In this document: positions 42,749 to 57,900 of the stretch, piece by piece | Position numbering within the stretch: position 1 is the first letter of the stretch | How the letters are laid out: the number at the start of each line of letters is the position of its first letter | Assembly (NCBI RefSeq): GCF_009914755.1 | Contig: NC_060940.1 | Length of the DNA stretch: 64,000 bases | Strand: one strand, 5' to 3' | Source of the DNA: the human T2T-CHM13v2.0 reference genome, Homo sapiens | The notes under the pieces: model-generated | The model's database searches: none | What the model saw: only the letters and a program-made list of their open reading frames with translations | What the model was told of the DNA's origin: nothing | Translations under genes and position numbers: made by a program

Positions 42749-45700
42749 TCCATTCGATGATTCCATTCGATTCCATTTGATGGTTCCATTCGAGTCCATT
42801 TAATCATTACAGTCGAGTCCATTTGGTGATTCCACTGGATTTCTTTTGATAATGATACCATTCAATTACATTTGATGATGATCCCATTCAATTTCATTTG
42901 ATGATGATTCCATTAGAGTCCATTCGATGATTTCATTCGAGTCCCTTCATTGATTCCATCCGATTTCATTGGATGATGACTCCATTCGAGTCCATTCGAT
43001 GATTCCACTCGATTCCATTAGATGACTCCATTGGAGTCCATTTGATTGTTCCATTCGATTCCATTCGATTCCTTTCGAAGATTATTCCATTTGAGTCCAT
43101 TCGATGATGATTCCATTCCATTCCATTCGATGATTCCGTTTGATTCCATTCGATGATTCCCTTCGATTCCTTTCTTTGATGATTCCATTCCATTCCATTC
43201 AATGATTCCATTCGAATCTATTCCATGATGATTCCTTTCGATTCCATTCGCTGATGTTTCCGTTCAATTCCATTCGATGATGATTCCATTCGATTCCATT
43301 CATTGAGGATTCCATTTGATTCCATTCAATGATGATTCCATTCTATTCCATTCAATGATTGCATTCAATTCCATTCAATGATTATCCCATTAGAGTAAAC
43401 TCAACGATTCCATTCAATACCATTCGATGATGATTCCTTTTGAGTCCATTCAATGATTTCATTCAAGTCCATTTGATGATTCCTTTCAATTCCATTCTAT
43501 GATGATTCCATTCGAGTCCATTCGATGATTCCATTCGATTGCATTCGATGATTCCATTATATTCCATTCAACGGTGATTCCATTCGAGTCCATTCCATCA
43601 TTCCATTAGAGTACATTTAATGATTGCTTTGTTTTCAATTCGAAGATGATTACATTGGATTCCATTCTATGATACCATTCGATTCCATTCAATGATGATT
43701 CCACTCAAATCCATTGGATGATTCCATTCGTGTCCATTCGGTGATTTCATTAGATTCCATTCGAGGACGATTCCATTCGATTCCATTCGATGATTCCATT
43801 CAATTCCATTCGATGATGATTCCATTCCAGTCCATATGATCATTCCATTTGATTTCATTCGATGATGATTCCATTCGATTCCATTCGACGATTCCATTCT
43901 ATTCCATTCGATGATGATTCCATTCGAGTCCATTCGATCAATCCATTCGAGTCCATTTAATGATTCCATTGGGTTCAATTCAATGATGATTACATTGGAT
44001 TCCGTTCTATGATTCCATTCAATTCCGTTCATTGACAATTTGATTCCATTCGATGATGATTCCATTTGAGTTCATTCGATGATTCTATTCGATTCTCTTC
44101 GATGGTGATTCAATTCTATTATATTGGATGATTCCATTCGATTCCATTTGATGTTGATTCAATTCGATTCTATTCGATGATGATTCCATTGGATTTCACT
44201 TGATGATTCTATTCGATTCCATTCAATGATGATTCACTTCTCGTCCATTGGATGATTCCATTTCATTCCATTCGATGATGATTCCATTCGATTCCATGCG
44301 ACGGTGAGCAATTCGATTCAATTCCATGATGATTCTATTTGATTCAATTAGATGATGTTTCCATTCGAATCCATTCCATGATTATTCCATTGGAATCCAT
44401 TCGGCGATGATTCCATATGAGTCAATTCAATGATGATTCCATATGGGTCCGTTCGATGATAATTCCATTTGATTTCATTCGATGCTTCTATTCTATTCCA
44501 GTCGATGATGATTCCGTTGGAGTCCATACGATGATTCCATTTGATTTCATTTGATGATGATTCCATTCGATGATGATTACATTGGATTCCATTCTATGAT
44601 TCCATTCAATTCCATTCGTTGATGATTCGATTCCATTCAATGATGATTCCATTTGAGTTCTTTCGATGATTCTATTCGATTCCGTTCGATGGTGATTCAA
44701 TTCTATTATATTGGATGATTCCACTCGATTCCATTTGATGATTATTCCATTGGAGTCCACTTAGTGAATCCTTTAGATTCTACTCGACGATGATTCCATT
44801 CGAGTCCATTCGATGATACCATTCAATTCCATTCGTTGATGCTTCCATTCAAGTGCATTCGATGATATCATTCGATTCCATTTGATGATAATTCCATTTG
44901 ATTCCATGCGATGATTCTATTCGATTCCATTCAATGATAATTCCATTCAATTCAGTGATTCCTCTGGACTCCATTTGATGATGATTCCATTCAATGATTC
45001 CATTCGATTCTATTCGAAAATGATTCCATTTGAATCCATTTGATGATGATTCCATTAGATTCCATTTGATGATTCCATTCGATTCCATTCGACGATGATT
45101 CCATTCGATTCCGTTTGATGATTCCATTCTATTCTATTCGATGATGATTCCATTCGATTCCATTCGATGATGATTGGATTCGATTCCATTTGATGATTTC
45201 ATTTGATTCCATTCGTTAATGATTTCGATCAATTCCATTCGATGATTCCATTCGATTCCATTCGATAATGATTACATCCGAGTCCATTCGATGATTCCAT
45301 TTGAGCCTGTTCGATAATTCCATTTGAGTCCAACCAATGATTCCATTCATTTCCATTCAATGATTCCATTCGAGTCCATTTGATCATTCCGGTTGGGTCC
45401 ATTCGATGTTGATTCCATTGGAGTGCATTCGATGATTCCATTCGAGTCCATTTTAGGATTTGATTCGAGTCCTTTCGATGATTCCATTCGATTCCACTCG
45501 ATGATGATTTCATTCGAGTCCATTCGACACTTCCAATCGATTCCATTTGATGATTCCATTCGAGTCCAATTGATGATTCCATTCAATTCCATTCGATGAT
45601 GATTCCGTACGATTCCATTCTGTGATGATTCCATGTGATTGCATTCAATGATGATTCCTTTCGATTGCATTCGATTATGATTCATTTCGTGTTCATTCTA

Positions 45701-48700
45701 TGGTTCCACAGGTTTCCATTCGTGTCCATTCCATTATTCCATTCTATTCCATTTGATGATGATTCCATTCGATTCCATTCATTGGTGATTCCACTCAATT
45801 CCATTCAATGATTCCATTCCATTTCTTTCAACAATGATTCCATTAGTTTCTAATCGATGATCCACTTGATTCCATTTGACGACGATTCCATTCTTGTCCA
45901 TTCGATGATTCCATTTGATTCCATATGATGATGATTCCATTCGATTCCATACCATGATGATTCCATTCGAGTCCATTCAATGGTGATTCCATTCAATTCC
46001 ATTTGATGATTCCTTTTGATTCCATTCGATGATGATGGCATTCGATTCCTTTCAATCATTCCCTTTGATTCCATTCAAAGGTGATTTCATTCAAGTCCAT
46101 TCGATAATTGCATTCGATTCCATTCTATGATGATTCCATTCGAGTCCATTTGATGATTCCATTCAATTCAAGTCAATGATGATTCCATTCGATTCCATTC
46201 GAAGATTCCATTGGATTCCATTCGATGATGATTCCATTCAAATCCATTCGATAATTCAATTCAAGTCCATTCGATGATGATTCCAATCGAATCCATTCAA
46301 AGATTCCATTCAGTTCCATTCGATGATTCCCTTAGATTCCATTCGATGATTCCACTTGATTGCATTTACGATGATTCCATTCGATTCCATGTGATGATTC
46401 CATTCAATTCTATTCAATGATGTCTCCATTTGATTCCATTCGACCATGATTGCCTTTGATTCCATTCAATGATTCCATTCGGTTCCGTTTGATGATGATT
46501 CCGTTCGATTCCATTTGATGATTCCATTTGATTCCATTGGATGAGTCCATTCGATTACATTCGATGATTATTCCATTCGAGTGCATTAGATGATTCCATT
46601 CGAGTCCATTCGATGATTCCATTCGATTCCATTCGATGTTGATTCTGTTCAAATCCATTCGATGATTCCACTCGATTCCATTCGTTGACTCCATTTGATC
46701 CCATCCGATGATTTCCTTTGATTCCCTTTGATGATCATTCCATTTGATTCAATTCGGTGATTTCATTTGATTCCATTCAGTGATGTTTCCATTCGACTCC
46801 ATTCGATGATGATTCCATTCGACTCCATTCGATTATGATTTCATTCAATTCCATTCGATAATGATTCCCTTCGAGTCCATTCGATGATTCCATTCGATTC
46901 CATTCAACGATGATTTGATTCGTGTCCATTCGATGATTCCATTTGATTCCACTTGATGATGATTCCATTCGAGTCCATTTGATGATTCCATTCAATTCCA
47001 TACTCCGATGATTTCTTTTGAGCCCACTCAATGCTTCCACTCGATTCCATATGATGATGACTCCATTCGATGAAATTCGATGATGATTCCATTCGCTTGC
47101 TTTCGATGATGATTCCACTTGAGTCCGTTAGAAGATTCTATTCAATTACATTCCATGACGATTCCGTTCGAGTCCATTTGATGATTCCATTAGACTCCAT
47201 TCGACGATGATTCCATTCGATGTTATTCGATGATTCCATTCGATCTCATTCGATGATGATTCCATTCAACTCCATTCGATGTTTCCATTCGAGTTCATTC
47301 TATTATTCCATTAGATTCCATTCGATGATGATTCCATTCGATTCCATTTGATGATTGCATTCTATTTCATTTGATGATGATTCCATTCGAGTCCACTCGA
47401 TGATTCCATTCGAGTCCATTTAATGAATCCATTGGTTTCAATTCTATGATGATTACATTGGATTCCATTCGTTGATGATTTCATTCGGTTCCATTCAATG
47501 ATGATTCCATTCAATTCCTTTCAATGTTTCCATTCAATTCCATACGATGATGATTCCATTTGATTTGATTCGACAGTGAGCCATTCGATTCAATTCCATG
47601 ATGATTCTATTTGATTCAATTGGTTGACATTTACATTCGATTCCATTCGATGATGATTCCCTTTGATTCCGTTCAAAGATGATTCCATTCTAGCCCATTC
47701 AATCATTCCATTCGATTCTATTCAATGATGATTCCATTCATGTCGATTTGGTGATTCCATTTGACTTCATTTGATGATGATTCCTTTCAAGTTCATTAGA
47801 TGATTCCATTCGATTCCATTTGATGATGATCCCATTCGAGTCCATTCAGTGATTCCATTCGTTTCCATTCCATGATGATTCCATTCCTTTCCATTCAATG
47901 ATTCCATTCGATTCCGTTTGATGATGATTTCATTCGAGTCCATTTGATGATTCCATTTGATTCCATTCGATGATGATTCCATTCGAGTCCATTCGATGAT
48001 TCTATTCGAATCCATTTGATGATTTCTTTTGATTATAGTTGGTGATGATTCCATTGGAGTCCATTCAATGATTCCATTCTATTCCAATCGATGATGATTC
48101 CATTAGAGTCCATTTAATGATTCCATTTGATTCCAGTCTCTGATGATTACATTCGAGTCCATACGATGATTCCACTCAATTCCATATGATGATTCCATTT
48201 GATTCCATTCGGTGATTCCATTCTATTCTATTCAATGGTGATTCCATTCGAGTACATTAGATGATTCCATTCGATTCCATTCAATGATGATTCTATTTGT
48301 GTCCCTTAGATGATTCCACATGATTCCATTAGATGATGATACTATTTGAGCCCATCCAATGATTCCCTTCGATTCCATTCGATGAGGATTCCATTCGATT
48401 CAATTCATTGGTGATTCTATTCAATTCAATTCTTTGATTCCATTCCATTCCATTCGACAATGATTCCATTCGATTTCTTTCGATGATTCCACTCGATTCC
48501 ACTTGACATTGATTCCATTCGATTCCATTCAATGATTCCATTTGATTCCAGTGGATGATGATTGCCATCGATTCCATTTGATCACTCCATTCTATTCCAT
48601 TTGATGATGATTACATTCGATTCCATTTGATGATTCCATCTGATTCTATTCGAGGATTCCATTTGATTCCATTCGATGATGATTCCATTCGAGTCCATTC

Positions 48701-48834
48701 GATGATTTCATTCGAGTACATCCAATGATTCCATTCGAGTCCATTAGATGATTCCATTTGATTCCATTTGAAAATGATTCTACTAGAGTCTATTCAATGA
48801 CTCCATTCGAGTCCATTCAACAATTCCATTCGAC
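42749..48834 (+). repeat. HOR copy 8 (6086 bp; 23-bp and 3-bp deletions)
   Basis: One 23-bp monomer missing just before ATGCGACGGTGAGC near 44290; GAT deletion near 48187. Confidence 0.93.
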
Positions 48835-51800
48835 TCCATTCGATGATTCCATTCGATTCCATTTGATGGTTCCATTCGAGTCCATTTAATCATTACAGTC
48901 GAGTCCATTTGGTGATTCCACTGGATTTCTTTTGATAATGATACCATTCAATTACATTTGATGATGATCCCATTCAATTTCATTTGATGATGATTCCATT
49001 AGAGTCCATTCGATGATTTCATTCGAGTCCCTTCATTGATTCCATCCGATTTCATTGGATGATGACTCCATTCGAGTCCATTCGATGATTCCACTCGATT
49101 CCATTAGATGACTCCATTGGAGTCCATTTGATTGTTCCATTCGATTCCATTCGATTCCTTTCGAAGATTATTCCATTTGAGTCCATTCGATGATGATTCC
49201 ATTCCATTCCATTCGATGATTCCGTTTGATTCCATTCGATGATTCCCTTCGATTCCTTTCTTTGATGATTCCATTCCATTCCATTCAATGATTCCATTCG
49301 AATCTATTCCATGATGATTCCTTTCGATTCCATTCGCTGATGTTTCCGTTCAATTCCATTCGATGATGATTCCATTCGATTCCATTCATTGAGGATTCCA
49401 TTTGATTCCATTCAATGATGATTCCATTCTATTCCATTCAATGATTGCATTCAATTCCATTCAATGATTATCCCATTAGAGTAAACTCAACGATTCCATT
49501 CAATACCATTCGATGATGATTCCTTTTGAGTCCATTCAATGATTTCATTCAAGTCCATTTGATGATTCCTTTCAATTCCATTCTATGATGATTCCATTCG
49601 AGTCCATTCGATGATTCCATTCGATTGCATTCGATGATTCCATTATATTCCATTCAACGGTGATTCCATTCGAGTCCATTCCATCATTCCATTAGAGTAC
49701 ATTTAATGATTGCTTTGTTTTCAATTCGAAGATGATTACATTGGATTCCATTCTATGATACCATTCGATTCCATTCAATGATGATTCCACTCAAATCCAT
49801 TGGATGATTCCATTCGTGTCCATTCGGTGATTTCATTAGATTCCATTCGAGGATGATTCCATTCGATTCCATTCGATGATTCCATTCAATTCCATTCGAT
49901 GATGATTCCATTCCAGTCCATATGATCATTCCATTTGATTTCATTCGATGATGATCCCATTCGATTCGATTCGACGATTCCATTCTATTCCATTCGATGA
50001 TGATTCCATTCGAGTCCATTCGATCAATCCATTCGAGTCCATTTAATGATTCCATTGTGTTCAATTCAATGATGATTACATTGGATTCCGTTCTATGATT
50101 CCATTCAATTCCGTTCATTGACAATTTGATTCCATTCGATGATGATTCCATTTGAGTTCATTCGATGATTCTATTCGATTCTCTTCGATGGTGATTCAAT
50201 TCTATTATATTGGATGATTCCATTCGATTCCATTTGATGTTGATTCAATTCGATTCTATTCGATGATGATTCCATTGGATTTCACTTGATGATTCTATTC
50301 GATTCCATTCAATGATGATTCACTTCTCGTCCATTGGATGATTCCATTTCATTCCATTCGATGATGATTCCATTCGATTCCATTCGTTGATTCCATTTGA
50401 TTCCATGCGACGGTGAGCAATTCGATTCAATTCCATGATGATTCTATTTGATTCAATTAGATGATGTTTCCATTCGAATCCATTCCATGATTATTCCATT
50501 GGAATCCATTCAGCGATGATTCCATATGAGTCAATTCAATGATGATTCCATATGGGTCCGTTCGATGATAATTCCATTTGATTTCATTCGATGCTTCTAT
50601 TCAATTCCAGTCGATGATGATTCCGTTGGAGTCCATACGATGATTCCATTTGATTTCATTTGATGATGATTCCATTCGATGATGATTACATTGGATTCCA
50701 TTCTATGATTCCATTCAATTCCATTCGTTGATGATTCGATTCCATTCAATGATGATTCCATTTGAGTTCATTCGATGATTCTATTCGATTCCGTTCGATG
50801 GTGATTCAATTCTATTATATTGGATGATTCCACTCGATTCCATTTGATGATTATTCCATTGGAGTCCACTTAGTGAATCCTTTAGATTCTACTCGACGAT
50901 GATTCCATTCGAGTCCATTCGATGATACCATTCAATTCCATTCGTTGATGCTTCCATTCAAGTGCATTCGATGATATCATTCGATTCCATTTGATGTTAA
51001 TTCCATTTGATTCCATGCGATGATTCTATTCGATTCCATTCAATGATAATTCCATTCAATTCAGTGATTCCTCTGGACTCCATTTGATGATGATTCCATT
51101 CAATGATTCCATTCGATTCTATTCGAAAATGATTCCATTTGAATCCATTTGATGATGATTCCATTAGTGTCCATTTGATGATTCCATTCGATTCCATTCG
51201 ACGATGATTCCATTCGATTCCGTTTGATGATTCCATTCTATTCTACTCGATGATGATTCCATTCGATTCCATTCGATGATGATTGGATTCGATTCCATTT
51301 GATGATTTCATTTGATTCCATTCGTTAATGATTTCGATCAATTCCATTCGATGATTCCATTCGATTCCATTCGATAATGATTACATCCGAGTCCATTCGA
51401 TGATTCCCTTTGAGCCTGTTCGATAATTCCATTTGAGTCCAACCAATGATTCCATTCATTTCCATTCAATGATTCCATTCGAGTCCATTTGATCATTCCG
51501 GTAGGGTCCATTCGATGTTGATTCCATTGGAGTGCATTCGATGATTCCATTCGAGTCCATTTTAGGATTTGATTCGAGTCCTTTCGATGATTCCATTCGA
51601 TTCCACTCGATGATGATTTCATTCGAGTCCATTCGACACTTCCAATCGATTCCATTTGATGATTCCATTCGAGTCCAATTGATGATTCCATTCAATTCCA
51701 TTCGATGATGATTCCGTACGATTCCATTCTGTGATGATTCCATGTGATTGCATTCAATGATGATTCCTTTCGATTGCATTCGATTATGATTCATTTCGTG

Positions 51801-54800
51801 TTCTTTCTATGGTTCCACAGGTTTCCATTCGTGTCCATTCCATTATTCCATTCTATTCCATTTGATGATGATTCCGTTCGATTCCATTCATTGGTGATTC
51901 CACTCAATTCCATTCAATGATTCCATTCCATTTCTTTCAACAATGATTCCATTAGTTTCTAATCGATGATCCACTTGATTCCATTTGACGACGATTCCAT
52001 TCTTGTCCATTCGATGATTCCATTTGATTCCATATGATGATGATTCCATTCGATTCCATACCATGATGATTCCATTCGAGTCCATTCAATGGTGATTCCA
52101 TTCAATTCCATTCGATGATTCCTTTTGATTCCATTCGATGATGATGGCATTCGATTCCTTTCAATCATTCCCTTTGATTCCATTCAAAGGTGATTTCATT
52201 CAAGTCCATTCGATAATTGCATTCGATTCCATTCTATGATGATTCCATTCGAGTCCATTTGATGATTCCATTCAATTCAAGTCAATGATGATTCCATTCG
52301 ATTCCATTCGATGATTCCATTGGATTCCATTCGATGATGATTCCATTCAAATCCATTCGATAATTCAATTCAAGTCCATTCGATGATGATTCCAATCGAA
52401 TCCATTCAAAGATTCCATTCAGTTCCATTCGATGATTCCCTTAGATTCCATTCGATGATTCCACTTGATTGCATTTACGATGATTCCATTCGATTCCATG
52501 TGATGATTCCATTCAATTCTATTCAATGATGTCTCCATTTGATTCCATTCGACCATGATTGCCTTTGATTCCATTCAATGATTCCATTCGGTTCCGTTTG
52601 ATGATGATTCCGTTCGATTCCATTTGATGATTCCATTTGATTCCATTGGATGAGTCCATTCGATTACATTCGATGATTATTCCATTCGAGTGCATTAGAT
52701 GATTCCATTCGAGTCCATTCGATGATTCCATTCGATTCCATTCGATGTTGATTCTGTTCAAATCCATTCGATGATTCCACTCGATTCCATTCGTTGACTC
52801 CATTTGATCCCATTCGATGATTTCCTTTGATTCCCTTTGATGATCATTCCATTTGATTCAATTCGGTGATTTCATTTGATTCCATTCAGTGATGTTTCCA
52901 TTCGACTCCATTCGATGATGATTCCATTCGACTCCATTCGATTATGATTTCATTCAATTCCATTCGATAATGATTCCCTTCGAGTCCATTCGATGATTCC
53001 ATTCGATTCCATTCAACGATGATTTGATTCGTGTCCATTCGATGATTCCATTTGATTCCACTTGATGATGATTCCATTCGAGTCCATTTGATGATTCCAT
53101 TCAATTCCATTCTCCGATGATTTCTTTTGAGCCCATTCAATGCTTCCACTCGATTCCATATGATGATGACTCCATTCGATGAAATTCGATGATGATTCCA
53201 TTCGCTTGCATTCGATGATGATTCCACTTGAGTCCATTAGAAGATTCTATTCAATTACATTCCATGACGATTCCGTTCGAGTCCATTTGATGATTCCATT
53301 AGACTCCATTCGACGATGATTCCATTCGATGTTATTCGATGATTCCATTCGATCTCATTCGATGATGATTCCATTCAACTCCATTCGATGTTTCCATTCG
53401 AGTTCATTCTATTATTCCATTAGATTCCATTCGATGATGATTCCATTCGATTCCATTTGATGATTGCATTCTATTTCATTTGATGATGATTCCATTCGAG
53501 TCCACTCGATGATTCCATTCGAGTCCATTTAATGAATCCATTGGTTTCAATTCTATGATGATTACATTGGATTACATTCGTTGATGATTTCATTCGGTTC
53601 CATTCAATGATGATTCCATTCAATTCCTTTCAATGTTTCCATTCAATTCCATACGATGATGATTCCATTTGATTTGATTCGACAGTGAGCCATTCGATTC
53701 AATTCCATGATGATTCTATTTGATTCAATTGGTTGACATTTCCATTCGATTCCATTCGATGATGATTCCCTTTGATTCCATTCAAAGATGATTCCATTCT
53801 AGCCCATTCAATCATTCCATTCGATTCTATTCAATGATGATTCCATTCATGTCGATTTGGTGATTCCATTTGACTTCATTTGATGATGATTCCTTTCAAG
53901 TTCATTAGATGATTCCATTCGATTCCATTTGATGATGATCCCATTCGAGTCCATTCAGTGATTCCATTCGTTTCCATTCCATGATGATTCCATTCCTTTC
54001 CATTCAATGATTCCATTCGATTCCGTTTGATGATGATTTCATTCGAGTCCATTTGATGATTCCATTTGATTCCATTCGATGATGATTCCATTCGAGTCCA
54101 TTCGATGATTCTATTCGAATCCATTTGATGATTTCTTTTGATTATAGTTGGTGATGATTCCATTGGAGTCCATTCAATGATTCCATTCGATTCCAATCGA
54201 TGGTGATTCCATTAGAGTCCATTTAATGATTCCATTTGATTCCAGTCTCTGATGATTACATTCGAGTCCATACGATGATTCCACTCAATTCCATATCATG
54301 ATGATTCCATTCGATTCCATTCGATGATTCCATTCTATTCTATTCAATGGTGATTCCATTCGAGTACATTAGATGATTCCATTCGATTCCATTCAATGAT
54401 GATTCTATTTGTGTCCCTTAGATGATTCCACATGATTCCATTAGATGATGATACTATTTCAGCCCATCCAATGATTCCCTTCGATTCCATTCGATGAGGA
54501 TTCCATTCGATTCAATTCATTGGTGATTCTATTCAATTCAATTCTTTGATTCCATTCCATTCCATTCGACAATGATTCCATTCGATTTCTTTCGATGATT
54601 CCACTCGATTCCACTTGACATTGATTTCCTTCGATTCCATTCAATGATTCCATTTGATTCCAGTGGATGATGATTGCCATCGATTCCATTCGATCACTCC
54701 ATTCTATTCCATTTGATGATGATTACATTCGATTCCATTTGACGATTCCATCTGATTCTATTCGAGGATTCCATTTGATTCCATTCGATGATGATTCCAT

Positions 54801-54946
54801 TCGAGTCCATTCGATGATTTCATTCGAGTACATCCAATGATTCCATTCGAGTCCATTTGATGATTCCATTTGATTCCATTTCATAATGATTCTACTAGAG
54901 TCCATTCAATGACTCCATTGGAGTCCATTCAACACTTCCATTCGAC
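48835..54946 (+). repeat. HOR copy 9 (6112 bp; mosaic, diverged-type after ~53100)
   Basis: ORF offset of 6112 to copy 10; variant sharing changes along its length. Confidence 0.92.
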
Positions 54947-57900
54947 TCCATTTGATGATTCCATTCGATTCCATTTGATGATTCCATTCGAGTCCATTTA
55001 ATCATTACAGTCGAGTCCATTTGGTGATTCCACTGGATTTCTTTAGATAATGATACCATTCAATTACATTTGATGATGATCCCATTCAATTTCATTTGAT
55101 GATGATTCCATTAGAGTCCATTCGATGATTTCATTCGAGTCCCTTCATTGATTCCATCCGATTTCATTGGATGATGACTCCATTCGAGTCCATTCGATGA
55201 TTCCACTCGATTCCATTGGATGATTCCATTGGAGTCCATTTGATTGTTCCATTCGATTCCATTCGATTCCTTTCGAAGATTATTCTATTTGAGTCCATTC
55301 GATGATGATTCCATTCCATTCCATTCGATGATTCCGTTTGATTCCATTCGATGAATCCCTTCGATTCCTTTCTTTGATGATTCCATTCCATTCCATTCAA
55401 TGATTCCATTCGAATCTATTCCATGATGATTCCTTTCGATTCCATTCGCTGATGTTTCCGTTCAATTCCTTTCGATGATGATTGCATTCGATTCCATTCA
55501 TTGAGGATTCCATTTGATTCCATTCAATGATGTTTCCGTTCTATTCCATTCAATGATTGCATTCAATTCCATTCAATGATTATCCCCTTAGAGTAAACTC
55601 AACGATTCCATTCAATACCATTCGATGATGATTCCTTTTGAGTCCATTCAATGATTTCATTCAAGTCCATTTGATGATTCCTTTCAATTCCATTCTATGA
55701 TGATTCCATTCGAGTCCATTCGATGATTCCATTCGATTGCATTCGATTATTCCATTATATTCCAGTCAACGATGATTCCATTCGAGTCCATTCGATGATT
55801 CCATTAGAGTACATTTAATGATTGCTTTGTTTTCAATTCGAAGATGATTACATTGGATTCCATTCTATGATACCATTCGATTCCATTCAATGATGATTCC
55901 ACTCAAATCCATTGGATGATTCCATTCGTGTCCATTCGGTGATTTCATTAGATTCCATTCGAGGATGATTCCATTCGATTCCATTCGATGATTCCATTCA
56001 ATTCCATTCGATGATGATTCCATTCCAGTCCATATGATCATTCCATTTGATTTCATTCGATGATGATTCCATTCGATTCCATTCGATGATTCCATTCTAT
56101 TCCATTCGATGATGATTCCATTCGAGTCCATTCGATGATTCCATTCGAGTCCATTTAATGATTCCATTGGGTTCAATTCAATGATGATTACATTGGATTC
56201 CGTTCGATGATTCCATTCAATTCCTTTCATTGACAATTTGATTCCATTCGATGATGATTCCATTTGAGTTCATTCGATGATTCTATTCGATTCTCTTCGA
56301 TGGTGATTCAATTCTATTATATTGGATGATTCCATTCGATTCCATTTGATGTTGATTCAATTCGATTCTATTCGATGATGATTCCATTGGATTTCACTTG
56401 ATGATTCTATTCGATTCCATTCAATGATGATTCACTTCTCGTCCATTGGATGATTCCATTTCATTCCATTCGATGATGATTCCATTCGATTCCATTCGAT
56501 GATTCCATTTGATTCCATGCGACGGTGAGCAATTCGATTCAATTCCATGATGATTCTATTTGATTCAATTAGATGATGTTTCCATTCGAATCCATTCCAC
56601 GATTATTCCATTGGAATCCATTTGGCGATGATTCCATATGAGTCAATTCAATGATGATTCCATATGGGTCCGTTCGATGATAATTCCATTTGATTTCATT
56701 CAATGCTTCTATTCTATTCCAGTCGATGATGATTCCGTTGGAGTCCATACGATGATTCCATTTGATTTCATTTGATGATGATTCCATTCGATGATGATTA
56801 CATTGGATTCCATTCTATGATTCCATTCAATTCCATTCGTTGATGATTCGATTCCATTCAATGATGATTCCATTTGAGTTCATTCGATGATTCTATTCGA
56901 TTCCGTTCGATGGTGATTCAATTCTCTTATATTGGATGATTCCACTCGATTCCATTTGATGATTATTCCATTGGAGTCCACTTAGTGAATCCTTTAGATT
57001 CTACTCGAAGATGATTCCATTCGAGTCCATTCAATGATACCATTCAATTTCATTCGTTGATGCTTCCATTCAAGTGCATTCGATGATATCATTCAATTCC
57101 ATTTGATGATAATTCCATTTGATTCCATGCGATGATTCTATTCGATTCCATTCAATGATAATTCCATTCAATTCAGTGATTCCTCTGGACTCCATTTGAT
57201 GATGATTCCATTCAATGATTCCATTCGATTCTATTCCAAAATGATTCCATTTGAATCCATTTGATGATGATTCCATTAGATTCCATTTGATGATTCCATT
57301 CGATTCCATTTGACGATGAATCCATTCGATTCCATTTGATGATTCCATTCTATTCTATTCGATGATGATTCCATTCGATTCCATTTGATGATGATTGGAT
57401 TCGATTCCATTTGATGATTTCATTTGATTCCATTCGTTAATGATTTCGATCAACTCCATTCGATGATTCCATTTGATTCCATTCGATAATGATTACATCC
57501 GAGTCCATTCGATGATTCCATTTGAGCCCGTTCGATAATTCCATTTGAGTCCAATCAATGATTCCATTCATTTCCATTCAATGATTCCATTCGAGTCCAT
57601 TTGATCATTCTGGTAGGGTCCGTTCGATGTTGATTCCATTGGAGTGCATTCGATGATTCCATTCGAGTCCATTTTATGATTTGATTCGAGTCCTTTCGAT
57701 GATTCCATTCGATTCCACTCGATGATGATTTCATTCGAGTCCATTCGACACTTCCAATCGATTCCATTTGATGTTTCCATTCGAGTCCAATTGATGATTC
57801 CATTCAATTCCATTCGATGATGATTCCGTACGATTCCATTCTGTGATGATTCCATGTGATTGCATTCAATGATGATTCCTTTCGATTGCATTCGATTATG

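Larger units (their letters stand above)
1..54946 (+). repeat. Homogenised ~6112-bp higher-order repeat, nine complete tandem copies
   Basis: Unique landmarks (CATTACAGTCGAG, AGAGTAAACTCAACG, CCGGTAGGGTCC, GGTTCCACAGG) recur once per copy. The equivalent ORF recurs at 218, 6329, 12441, 18553, 24639, 30748, 36857, 42966, 49052 and 55164. Confidence 0.97.

Noticed and set aside
45393-45599. Single plus-strand 68-aa ORF
   Set aside because: It appears only because a private A>T change (CCGGTAGGG to CCGGTTGGG) in copy 8 replaces TAG with an alternative start TTG; it is incidental.
18553-49052. Two 6086-bp spacings in the ORF track (18553-24639 and 42966-49052) as a super-HOR of about 24.4 kb
   Set aside because: The spacings have different causes (one 26-bp deletion versus 23+3 bp at other positions), so the equal length is coincidental. 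Copy 5 and copy 9 share alleles over only ~1.5 kb.
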